NCBI GenBank assembly: GCA_963740635.1
Contig: CAVUEQ010000001.1
Coordinates: forward strand, 740,840-804,839
DNA: 64,000 nucleotides
DNA from: an uncultured bacterium
Lineage (GTDB): Bacteria > Patescibacteriota > Saccharimonadia > UBA4664
Reading direction: 5' to 3'
Shown here piece after piece: positions 21,504-29,845 of this stretch (positions are counted from its first letter, which is position 1; every line of letters starts with the position of its first letter). The notes below the pieces were generated by a model. That model saw only the letters and a program-made list of their open reading frames with translations, had not been told where the DNA came from and ran no database searches. A program made the position numbers and the translations under genes.

Positions 21504-21889
21504 AGGCTGTCGAGATAATCCTGCAATATGAGCGCCGCCGCTTCGGCGTCGATGGCGCCGGGCTGGTACTTGCGGCCCGATTCCTTGAGCCGCTCTTCGG
21601 CCACGGCGCTGGTTCCGGCCTCATCCTGGAACACGGCCTCGATGTGGAGGCGGCGCCAGAGCAGGTCGTCGGCGAAGTGGCGCACGGCCAGGGTTTGGGG
21701 CGTGTCGTGGCCGTCGAGGTTGCGCGGCAGGCCCACCACCACGGCTTCGAACGGCCCCTCGCGCTCAATGAAGGCGGCCAAGTCGTGCGGCGCCACGGTG
21801 GAGTGCGGCGAGGCCAGCTTGGCATCCTTGTCGGCCACAGCCAGGCCGACCCGTTTGGCGCCATAATCTATTGCTAGATATTTAGCCAA
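21500..21889 (-). CDS. ruvX: Holliday junction resolvase-like RuvX/YqgF
   Basis: LAIDYGAKRVGLA, VVGLP, QDE..TS, DAEAAALILQDYL; TTG start after a purine-rich RBS. Confidence 0.92.
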   Translation of the reverse strand: MAKYLAIDYGAKRVGLAVADKDAKLASPHSTVAPHDLAAFIEREGPFEAVVVGLPRNLDGHDTPQTLAVRHFADDLLWRRLHIEAVFQDEAGTSAVAEERLKESGRKYQPGAIDAEAAALILQDYLDSL

Positions 21890-21917
21890 CTTTACCCTTC
21901 CTCCCCCTCTCCGAAGG

Positions 21918-23621
21918 TTACTTGCTTTGTGCGACTGTAATCGTAATCGATATTTTATCAGACCGGCTGGGCATGCTCGACTGCCAGGGGGGCGAAATGC
22001 TGATATCGGCGCGGGTAACGCCGGGCAGGCCGGAGGCGGTATTGGACGCATCGCCGAAGCGCTGGCCCTTGAGCCGGTCGGCGATGGCGGCCTTGTCGAG
22101 TTTGGCGCCGCCGTAGGCCTCGGTGGTGAGGTGGAAGGTTTGGCGGCCGGCCGAATCTTTGTTGGCGGCCGTTACCTGCGCGTTGCCCAGGCCGTCGTCG
22201 TAGATCTGGTTGTTGCTCCCCACTTGTTTTTGTTCCACGACATGCAGCAGGTCGGAATAATCGGACTTCTTGACGGCCAGCACCGTGTAGGTGACCTTGA
22301 ACGACAGGTGACCGGTGTCTCCCTCGGAGCCGACGGCGGGAGAAGAGCTAACGTTGTCGGTGGTAACGGTCTGGGAAGCCGGAATGGCGACGTAGCCGCT
22401 CGGTACCCGGGCGGCGAGGTCACGGGCCGAGGCGTCTTTGTCCTTGTCGAGCAGAGCGGCTTTTTCGGTGTCGACGTCGGACTGGGCCACAATCGTCACC
22501 GTCTTGGTGGTACCGCCTGACATTTGCGCGCCCTGGCCATAAATTTTGGCCTGCATCGAGCCGCTATAGCCGGGGATGGAATATTTGGCCGGCGCTTCAT
22601 TGTAGGTGTCGCCGGATTGGTCGGCCTCGACCGGGATGGGGTCGGATTTGCCTGGGTTGAGAACGATTTGACCTCCCTGCAGGCCAACGGTGGCCCCGGG
22701 GACAGAGCTGTCGGCGGTGGTGCGGAAGATTTTGCCGTCGGGAGCTTGGAAGCGGGTGCCCGCCACAAAGGCGTGCGAGCTGGTGTCGTATTCGTTGTAA
22801 GCCGTGATGTTGCCGGAGGCCTTGGTGCCGGCGTCTTTTTTACCGGTGGGCGTGAACGGGCCGTTGAGGTCTTTGCTGACCGTGACGGTCTGGCCGGCCA
22901 GCACGGCGGCGCCCTGGTCGGTGGCGCCGGCGGGGTCGATGGCGTAGGTGGTGTCCACGCTGACCTTGCTGCCGGTGGCGTACAGGGTGACCTTGGCCGA
23001 GGTAAACAGGTACATGGCGAGCATGTAACCGCCCACCAACACCACGCCGGCGCCCACCCACATCACCCGGCGCTGCAGCCGGCCGAAATTCGGGACTTTG
23101 GGCGGTTTTTTGGCCTTGGCGGGGGCAGCATCGGTGGGGGCGGCAGCGGCATCTTCGGACGGTGATTCGAGCGGATTGGTGGCGGAGGGCGGCGGCGGGC
23201 CGTCGCTGATGGGCAGGCGGCGCAGCAGCGGCTTCTTGGGGATCTTGGCCGCCGGGGGGACGGGCTGCTCAGGGGCCGGCGGCGGCTCGGGGTCGCCGGC
23301 CTCTATCACCTCCTCGCCGGTCTTGAGGTCCTCGGGCATTTTGGCTTCGGTCATCACGGCCTTGGCCCCGACCGACGGCGCCACCGCCAGGCCCACCCGG
23401 GCCGCTAGCTCGGTAGCGATGCGGTCGCCCGTGACCAACACGATTTCTTTGCCGCCTTGGTCCGCCGCCTTTTTGAGCAGTTTGAGATTAATTATGCTCT
23501 GCAGCATCGTCGAGCGCTTGGGTACGACGATTTGGACCGGCCCCTCACCAGACTTGCTCAGCTTATCAATGGCCGACGTGATGTCTTCATCGACCTCCAA
23601 ATAGAGGGCGTTGTCCTTCAT
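21918..23621 (-). CDS. Conserved CPR bitopic protein with baseplate-J-like extracellular region
   Basis: N-terminal YLEVDEDITS...LQSIINLKLLK, Pro-rich linker, TM, then KASGNITAYN...GTRF...F beta-rich domain. Confidence 0.75.
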   Translation of the reverse strand: MKDNALYLEVDEDITSAIDKLSKSGEGPVQIVVPKRSTMLQSIINLKLLKKAADQGGKEIVLVTGDRIATELAARVGLAVAPSVGAKAVMTEAKMPEDLKTGEEVIEAGDPEPPPAPEQPVPPAAKIPKKPLLRRLPISDGPPPPSATNPLESPSEDAAAAPTDAAPAKAKKPPKVPNFGRLQRRVMWVGAGVVLVGGYMLAMYLFTSAKVTLYATGSKVSVDTTYAIDPAGATDQGAAVLAGQTVTVSKDLNGPFTPTGKKDAGTKASGNITAYNEYDTSSHAFVAGTRFQAPDGKIFRTTADSSVPGATVGLQGGQIVLNPGKSDPIPVEADQSGDTYNEAPAKYSIPGYSGSMQAKIYGQGAQMSGGTTKTVTIVAQSDVDTEKAALLDKDKDASARDLAARVPSGYVAIPASQTVTTDNVSSSPAVGSEGDTGHLSFKVTYTVLAVKKSDYSDLLHVVEQKQVGSNNQIYDDGLGNAQVTAANKDSAGRQTFHLTTEAYGGAKLDKAAIADRLKGQRFGDASNTASGLPGVTRADISISPPWQSSMPSRSDKISITITVAQSK

Positions 23622-23679
23622 GCCTATTAGACTACCATAATTGTTAAGGTTGCGTTATAGTAGGCTCAACTAATAATAG

Positions 23680-23964
23680 GTGAGCACTAACAACATGGCG
23701 AAGAGGGAAGCAAAACTTAATCCATTAGTGGTAGACCGCGTACTGCTGGTGGGCGTTCTTTTGGCAGCCACGGGCTATATTATCCGGGGCAGTTGGCCGT
23801 CCGAGTTCTTCTACGCCAGTGCATTGATTCTCGGCGTTGTTTGGTCATTTAGGGCGATTACGACCAGCAAGTCGCGCGAGTTCCGCCTGCTCGCCACGCT
23901 GCTGCTTGTGCTGCTGGGTGCCTTGCTGGCTTTTGCCCTTGGCTCAGCCAAAACCGTCGTCTAG
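23680..23964 (+). CDS. Small three-TM membrane protein
   Basis: 94-aa hydrophobic ORF filling the gap. Confidence 0.6.
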   Translation: MSTNNMAKREAKLNPLVVDRVLLVGVLLAATGYIIRGSWPSEFFYASALILGVVWSFRAITTSKSREFRLLATLLLVLLGALLAFALGSAKTVV

Positions 23965-23984
23965 CCAGCGCTATATTTTTTGTA

Positions 23985-24013
23985 TTGATATTTGCGACCG
24001 GGTGCGTTATGTT
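23985..24013 (+). promoter_or_regulatory. Sigma70-type promoter TTGATA-N17-TATGTT upstream of the hairpin array
   Basis: 17-bp spacing, AT-rich upstream tract, first hairpin begins 11 nt downstream. Confidence 0.6.
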
Positions 24014-24019
24014 AAACGC

Positions 24020-24655
24020 CCCTGATGGGTTTTTCGGCCTCGCCGATAACTCATCTGGATAGACTTCCCCGCCGGCGCCTACATGCGGCGAACCATAAGC
24101 GGGGAGGCGGCCTCGGGCTGGACGTGCAAGGGGTTGTGCATGTACAGCCCGAGGTTCAGGCTCCAAAAGCCCGGGCCAGGAAACGACGTTTATGGATGGG
24201 TGGCGTCGTCTGGCCTGCCCTGGATCGGCTCGCCTCGGCCGATATTCCGGGGACACCCGGTGAGATAGAGTGGACGCAGCGGGGAAACCTGTAGCGGGTC
24301 TCACCGGGTGGGAAAAACGTTCCGGTGGAGTCATTCCCTTCGCTTCACCGGAACAAGGAGACACGGATGGCCTGGCCGCCTGGAGGCCGGCAACCGTCTC
24401 TCCAGTGAGAAGCCCAGTGGGGGCAGCGCCGGCTGACGGGCCACCCGCTGCCCCCCTGGGTCTCGCACCTTCCAACTTGGGACATTGTCCCTCTCAGATG
24501 TGCTCCGGTACGAGCTTCCCCCGTGGCTCAAGCTGGAGTAACACCGGCCCGGCGGGCGATTTTTACCCGCCGGGCCGGCAAATCATCTTGTTAGTCTGCG
24601 GCTTGCCCGCGGACCGGCCGGAAACCCCCGGCTGCCTAGTCGCTCAATGAGCGGT
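24020..24655 (+). ncRNA. Candidate ~630-nt ncRNA made of about 15 consecutive, non-identical hairpins
   Basis: Back-to-back stems (e.g. CCTCGGGCTG/CAGCCCGAGG, CACCCGGTGAGA/TCTCACCGGGTG, GTTCCGGTG/CACCGGAAC, CCGGCCCGGCGGG/CCCGCCGGGCCGG); G-U wobbles on + strand; no credible ORF. Confidence 0.7.
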
Positions 24656-24705
24656 TTGCAGTCGGGGCGAACGCAATTATTTGATCCTAAGCTTGGCCAT
24701 AACCT

Positions 24706-25998
24706 TTAAGACGAAATAGCCCGGGCGAGCTTGCGGGCGAGGGTGTCGGTGGTGGACTGCCCGCCGGCCTGGTCGAGCCCGAGGTTGGCCAGGCCCATGG
24801 GGGTGATGTCGGCGTAGCTGGTAAGCTTGCCGGTTTTGTCGACCACGCGGTTGACCTCGCTGGGGCTGATGTGGTTGACCACCGGCTTGCGCGCGAAGGC
24901 CAGACTCTTGTACCACTCCTTGCCCTTGAGCGCGTCCATGATTTGGGGCAGCCCGGTGCCGCCGCCGCAGAGCAGAATTTTGGCCGGGAGGTGGTCGACG
25001 CGGTCGAACTCGGCCAGGGATAGTTCCACGCCGGACAGCCACACCTGGATGTCGGCGTTCACGGCCTCCTCGACCAGCTTGGTGGCTTTGACGCCCAGCT
25101 TGCCGGTGCCGTAAGCAATTTTCATTTCCTCGGCTTTTTCGAAACTGGTATTGGCCACCTGGGCGATGCGCTTGGTGAAGGCGCGGCCACCGATGGCGAA
25201 CATTTTGGTGCCTTCGACGCCGCCGTTGTTGACCAGCGCGATGTCGGTGGTGCCGCCGCCAATGTCGATGAAGATAGCTGAGAATTCGCCGGAGTCCTGG
25301 CCGCCCACGGATTTGGCGACCGCGAACGGCTCGGCGGCGATGTTGATGAGGTTGAGGTCGAGGTCGGAGGCCACGGTTTGCAGGGCGCCGAGGTGAACCA
25401 TGGGGGCAAAGGCGTTGAAGAGTTGGATTGACACGTCTTTGCCCTGGAAGCCGATGGGGTTGGTGACGCGGTAGCCGTCGATCTGGACGTCGACGATGGC
25501 GGTGTTCACGAGCTTCACCTCGAGCTCCTTGAAGCCGGTTTCCCAGGTGAGCTGCTCGCGGGCGCGCTCGAAAGCGCGGTATTGGACGCGGTCGAGGATT
25601 TTGCGCAATTCGGTCATGTCGATGGGGTCCGACGGTGTGGCGCGCTTGTAGCGCACGATGGTACTGGCGCCCTTCACCAGTTCGCCGGCAATGCCGATGA
25701 CCACGTCTTTGGCCACTACGCCGGCCCCGCGCTCGGCCATTTTGAGGGCGGCGTCGCAGTTTTCGACCACGCCGGTGATGTCGGTGACGGCGCCGGAGCT
25801 CATGTCGGTGAGGCGCTGGCGCTGGCGTCCCACGCCCACAATTTCCACCTGCGAAGGCACCCCCGAGGCCGGGTCAATTTTGACCTCGCCAATGAGGGCT
25901 TTCACAAACTCAGTCCCGATATCGAGGGCCACAAGATAGCGCGGGCCGGGAGGGCGGCTGCGGAGTTTAACGAATTTTTCGAGCAATTTGGCCGGCAT
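24706..25998 (-). CDS. FtsA-like actin-fold ATPase
   Basis: VALDIGTEFVKA, AEPFAVA, IDIGGGTTDIA, LCGGG. Confidence 0.85.
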   Translation of the reverse strand: MPAKLLEKFVKLRSRPPGPRYLVALDIGTEFVKALIGEVKIDPASGVPSQVEIVGVGRQRQRLTDMSSGAVTDITGVVENCDAALKMAERGAGVVAKDVVIGIAGELVKGASTIVRYKRATPSDPIDMTELRKILDRVQYRAFERAREQLTWETGFKELEVKLVNTAIVDVQIDGYRVTNPIGFQGKDVSIQLFNAFAPMVHLGALQTVASDLDLNLINIAAEPFAVAKSVGGQDSGEFSAIFIDIGGGTTDIALVNNGGVEGTKMFAIGGRAFTKRIAQVANTSFEKAEEMKIAYGTGKLGVKATKLVEEAVNADIQVWLSGVELSLAEFDRVDHLPAKILLCGGGTGLPQIMDALKGKEWYKSLAFARKPVVNHISPSEVNRVVDKTGKLTSYADITPMGLANLGLDQAGGQSTTDTLARKLARAISS

Positions 25999-26115
25999 GC
26001 ACGCGAACCCTTACCCCGCAATTGTACTGCTTATGGTGACATGAGCCAAACAAGGGATTTCCTAATAGGTAACGAGCGGGCACGATCTTTTTCGAGAATA
26101 TGCCACTCATAAGGG

Positions 26116-26205
26116 GTGTTTCATTTTGGGACATTGATTAAGCGCAAGCGGCTTCCCTATCTGTAAAATTTCCCACTAACAACTCTATGTCCCAATTTGA
26201 GACAT
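26116..26205. repeat. Inverted pair of 19-bp ATGTC-N9-GACAT-like boxes, copy 1
   Basis: gtgtttcattttgggacat (26116-26134) and atgtcccaatttgagacat (26187-26205). Confidence 0.6.
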
Positions 26206-26259
26206 GTGCCGCACTGCGGGGTCCGAAAATGTTCTGCGAGGGCAGCGGCTTGGACGACC

Positions 26260-26556
26260 CTAGTGCAGCGGCGTGGCCGTGGGCTTGGGCGTCGCGGTCG
26301 CCTTGGGCGAGATGGTGGCGCCGGGCGTGGGTGTGGGCGAGGGTGCGGGTGTGGCCACCGGCGTGGGGGTCGGGGCGGGCGTGGCCTTGGCCTCCTCGAG
26401 CTGCCGTTTGAGGCTGTCGTTGTTGCCCATGAGCTCGGTGTTGGCCTGGTCGAGGTCGTTGGCGTGGCGCACGAGGAAGTAGCCGCCGATGCCGCCGCCG
26501 ATTACCAATATGGCAATCACGGCCCACAGGAAGTAAAGTAATTTTCTTGAATACAT
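26260..26556 (-). CDS. Small membrane-anchored protein with coiled coil and PT-rich tail
   Basis: N-terminal TM, heptads, TPAPTPTP tail. Confidence 0.7.
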   Translation of the reverse strand: MYSRKLLYFLWAVIAILVIGGGIGGYFLVRHANDLDQANTELMGNNDSLKRQLEEAKATPAPTPTPVATPAPSPTPTPGATISPKATATPKPTATPLH

Positions 26557-26577
26557 GGCAGTAACCTTTCCGGAGAG

Positions 26578-27171
26578 TTAGTTTGAAAGTGTGGGCAAGG
26601 CCGCATTCTTGACGGCGGCCCGGGCAGCGGCCAATTCGTTGCGGCCGGCCTGGCCGTCAGCACAGGAGAAGTATGACGGCCTGTATGAATAAGTATAGCC
26701 CCCGACAATCTTCTTGAACGGTTGGTTGGCGGGCGTTTTGGTGGGGAACGGGGTGACGCTGGCGCTTGTGGACGGGCTCCGGCTGGGGCTGGGCGACGGT
26801 GTGGGCGTGGGCGCCGCCTTTGATCTTACCAGAGTGCCTAGGGCGCCGGCTTTGCAGGCCGGATATTTGGCCAGGAGTTTTTCGGTGGTGAAACCGGCCC
26901 AGGTATCGGTGCCGTCCTTCACCTCACCGTAAACAAGGTCGGTGATGGGGTCGGTGACCTCGAGTGAGACGCCGTACAGTAATATTTTGACGGTGGACTT
27001 GCCGGCTACTACCGGCGTGATAGGGGTGGGCGTGGGTTCGGTTGACGCCGTCGGTAAGGGGGTCGAAACGGGCACGTGGTCGGCTTGCATGCGGGGCTGG
27101 GTGAGGGTTACCCAGACGCAGCCCGCCAGGCCGAGCAAAACGCCAAGGAAAATTGGTCTCCCAAACCGCAA
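26578..27171 (-). CDS. Membrane-anchored/secreted hypothetical protein
   Basis: N-terminal hydrophobic helix, PT linkers, two Cys in the globular part. Confidence 0.65.
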   Translation of the reverse strand: MRFGRPIFLGVLLGLAGCVWVTLTQPRMQADHVPVSTPLPTASTEPTPTPITPVVAGKSTVKILLYGVSLEVTDPITDLVYGEVKDGTDTWAGFTTEKLLAKYPACKAGALGTLVRSKAAPTPTPSPSPSRSPSTSASVTPFPTKTPANQPFKKIVGGYTYSYRPSYFSCADGQAGRNELAAARAAVKNAALPTLSN

Positions 27172-27180
27172 ATAAGCCTC

Positions 27181-27669
27181 CTAATTCAGATACGAGGCCA
27201 AAATATAGCCCGTAATTCCATTTACTGTAATCTGTTGGTATTGCCCGCTCCCCGCTCCCAGGGTCACAGTCGTGCCGACCGGCAGTTGCGTATATGACAG
27301 CAGGACCTTGGAGCTAGTGCTGGGTCCAGAATGGATGTTGCCGGACTTTTTGACAGTGGTGGTTTTGGGGGCGCTGGCGTCAAGCACGGCGGGCGTGGGG
27401 GTGGGCGCCGGCGACGCGGCCGGCGTTGCGTCCGGCGTGGCCAGCGGCGAGGGCGTGGGGCTGGCGGGAGCCGAGGCGGTCTGCTGGTCCTGGTTGACCT
27501 GGTAGCGCAGGTCGGTGATTTCGCCCTGGAGCAGTTTGTGGTCTTGCACAGCCGCCTGGTGCTGGGCGATGTTGAGGTAGGCAGAGGCAGCCAGGCCCAA
27601 GCCTAATACAACCGCTATCACGACAGGCAGCGTTATGCCCCCTTGTTGGTTCACAAAAAAGCGCCTCAC
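27181..27669 (-). CDS. Membrane-anchored protein with C-terminal SH3b-like domain
   Basis: NIHSGPSTSSKVL...GTTVT...YQQITVNGITGYILASYL. Confidence 0.75.
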   Translation of the reverse strand: MRRFFVNQQGGITLPVVIAVVLGLGLAASAYLNIAQHQAAVQDHKLLQGEITDLRYQVNQDQQTASAPASPTPSPLATPDATPAASPAPTPTPAVLDASAPKTTTVKKSGNIHSGPSTSSKVLLSYTQLPVGTTVTLGAGSGQYQQITVNGITGYILASYLN

Positions 27670-27745
27670 AATGCTTACGTATCTTATTGTAACAAACTAA
27701 TTCTGCAATTTCTCATATTGCTTTAGATACCCCTTTATGTTTTAA

Positions 27746-28300
27746 TGCTCACGTTCGCACCTTCCCTGGTGGTGTGAGCAATGTAGTGTGATGCCAGTCT
27801 CTTTCGAGACCTGGTGACGTTGGAGCCTGGTGGCACAACGCGGGTAACCCCGCGCCAAAACCACCATTATTAATTTTTCGCCGCGTGCCACAGGCGCCGG
27901 CTTCAAACCCGGCCCCTCCCCTGTCTCGCGCAAAAATTAATCCCCTCCACACCCCCCAGATCACCGCGAACGGTGCATCCGGCTTCCGGCCAAACTAAAC
28001 GGCGGCAGCCAGAATGCATCTTCAAGGCGATAAGCATCAACAATACAACTTGTTAAACGCACCTTCGATCATGCCATTCTGGTGATCCTTCGGGATCATG
28101 CCGCGCGTGCAGCGCAGCCCACAGCCGGCCGATCGGTCGCAACAAGCACACACCATCCCAGACTTTGTCGCCTTGTGCGACGAACGACGAAGGTACGAAC
28201 GCTAGGCCGTTCCGGGCAACCGGAGCGGCCTCGTACCCTTTTAGGGGCATGTTATTATCTGTGCGAGCTCCCTGCTCATTGATTTTGTGATCCCGGCGCC
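27746..28300 (+). ncRNA. Candidate ~550-nt structured RNA (independent ncRNA or very long 5' leader)
   Basis: TTGCTT-N17-TTTAAT promoter (27718-27746); C(UUCG)G, GCAA and GUAA tetraloop hairpins; nested stems; no credible ORF. Confidence 0.6.
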
Positions 28301-28314
28301 TGAGGAGGCAAACC

Positions 28315-29112
28315 ATGGATGCGGCTTACCACGGACCGGCCGACCGCGTGTTGCGGTGGGCCGGCGTACTGAAATTGTTTGACCGCCTGGGTAGGCACTC
28401 CGACGGCACGTACAAGCGGCGGGCGGAGAAAATCCCCAACTTCTTGTGCTGGCTGCGGATCTACGGCGGCCCGCCGTCCGCCATCGCGACCGCCACGCTG
28501 GAGCTGTTGCACATCTACTTCTGGGCACAGTTCGCCCTGGCGGTTTTGACCGGGCTGATAGCTCTGGACCTGTTCGACGGTCCGATAGCCCGGCGGGCGG
28601 GTCTGCCCAAGCGGGCGGAGCCCGTGGGCAAGTATCACGGCGCCACGCTGGATGCGGCCTCGGACAAGGCCGTGATCGTGCCGGCGCTGATAGCGGCCCT
28701 GGTGATCACCCATCACGAACTGCCCGGCCCGGCCCAGGGCGTATTCGCACCGATCGCGGGAATCTTGATTGGCTTCGATGCCGTCTTGATGTTGATAACC
28801 GTGATGGAAGCCAATGCCGCCGCCAAAACCTGGGACAAGGGCGCGACGGCGAAGCCGCGGTCGGGGTGGTTTGGCAAAACCAAAACCTTCCTCGAAGGCG
28901 TAGGCGCGACGCTGGTGTCGGGCAGCCTGGTGTGGGAATGGCCGGTGGCAGGTGAAGCCGGCATATGGCTGGGCACGGTGGTGTTGGCCGCGAGCGTGCC
29001 GTTCGCGATCATGAGCGTCGTCCGGCACCTGGACAACTTCGCCAAGATCAACCAGTCGATTGGCGCCGGCGTACCGCGGTGGATGGCCAAAGCCGGGCCG
29101 CCGCGCCGCTAG
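28315..29112 (+). CDS. CDP-alcohol phosphatidyltransferase family protein (divergent)
   Basis: DLFDGPIAR...G.TLDAASDK signature with a longer spacer; several TM helices; GAGGAGG RBS. Confidence 0.8.
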   Translation: MDAAYHGPADRVLRWAGVLKLFDRLGRHSDGTYKRRAEKIPNFLCWLRIYGGPPSAIATATLELLHIYFWAQFALAVLTGLIALDLFDGPIARRAGLPKRAEPVGKYHGATLDAASDKAVIVPALIAALVITHHELPGPAQGVFAPIAGILIGFDAVLMLITVMEANAAAKTWDKGATAKPRSGWFGKTKTFLEGVGATLVSGSLVWEWPVAGEAGIWLGTVVLAASVPFAIMSVVRHLDNFAKINQSIGAGVPRWMAKAGPPRR

Positions 29113-29133
29113 CAGCGGTTTCGCAGGGACTCC

Positions 29134-29176
29134 CAGGGTTGACCGGCTTCCAATCGCGGAAGCCGGTCAACCCCTG
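29134..29176. terminator. Strong hairpin after the phosphatidyltransferase gene
   Basis: GGGTTGACCGGCTTCC-aatcgc-GGAAGCCGGTCAACCC. Confidence 0.65.
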
Positions 29177-29269
29177 ACCGCTCTTGCTTTTCGTACGATT
29201 TGTGCCATTATATAGAATGTCCGCAATACCCGGTTACTACCTGGCAAGGCACCGTGAAAGGGTGATGTT

Positions 29270-29768
29270 CATGAAGAACAGGCTGTTTTTGTACGGAACG
29301 CCGGCGTTAGTGGCGGCAGGCTGGTACTTGCTCCTGCTGTTTGGGCCGCTGAAGACCACTTTCGACTGGGGCGGGTGGCCGCAAGTGTTGCTGGTTCTGG
29401 CCGGCGTGCCGCTCGCCGTCGGGGCCTGGATCATCGTCCTGGCTGTCCCGCGCTGGAAGGCGTGGGGGCCGGAGCGCGGATCGGCGAATACCGATGCCAG
29501 CGGCCTGCCGGGGTTCCCCGAAGATGATTCCGCCTCAACCGCTGCCCCACCGCCGCTGCCCGTGGCAGCTCTGGCCGGCACACCGGCCCGGACCCCTAAC
29601 GGCCACCGGCGCCCGGGGCAACTATTCGTGACGGTCCTGCCTCCCAGGTCTGCCCGCGAGGAGTATGCTAAGGCGTACTCTTCTTCACGCCTGGTAGCAA
29701 ACTACGTCAGCACTCATGGGCGGATACCCATTGCTGATGAGACGGGGCGCCATCGGCGCCTCGAGTAG
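29270..29768 (+). CDS. Hypothetical protein, two N-terminal TM helices and Pro-rich tail
   Basis: GAAAGGGTG RBS before MKNRLFLY; perfect hairpin at 29786-29813 downstream. Confidence 0.65.
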
Positions 29769-29845
29769 GAAGGTACGCGGACGCAAGGCCGGTTCCGAAC
29801 TCGGAACCGGCCTGAGTCTTGCCAAAATGCTTATGCTTAATTGTA

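Noticed and set aside
21918-23621. Baseplate-J-like gene as evidence of a prophage
   Set aside because: It is membrane-anchored, embedded among core genes, and no other phage genes are present.
23858-24650. ORFs 23858-24475(-), 24025-24294(+), 24270-24650(+) as genes
   Set aside because: Low-complexity Pro/Arg/Gly/Ala translations with no motifs or RBS; better explained by GC-rich stems.
24020-24655. Hairpin array as CRISPR, attC array, RNase P RNA or tmRNA
   Set aside because: No repeated unit, no RYYYAAC/GTTRRRY ends, no GAGGAAAGUCC, no tRNA-like CCA end, and no cas or integrase gene.
27896-27920. T-arm-like GCCGGCTTCAAACCCGGC as a tRNA
   Set aside because: No acceptor, D or anticodon arms around it; treated as part of the larger structured region.
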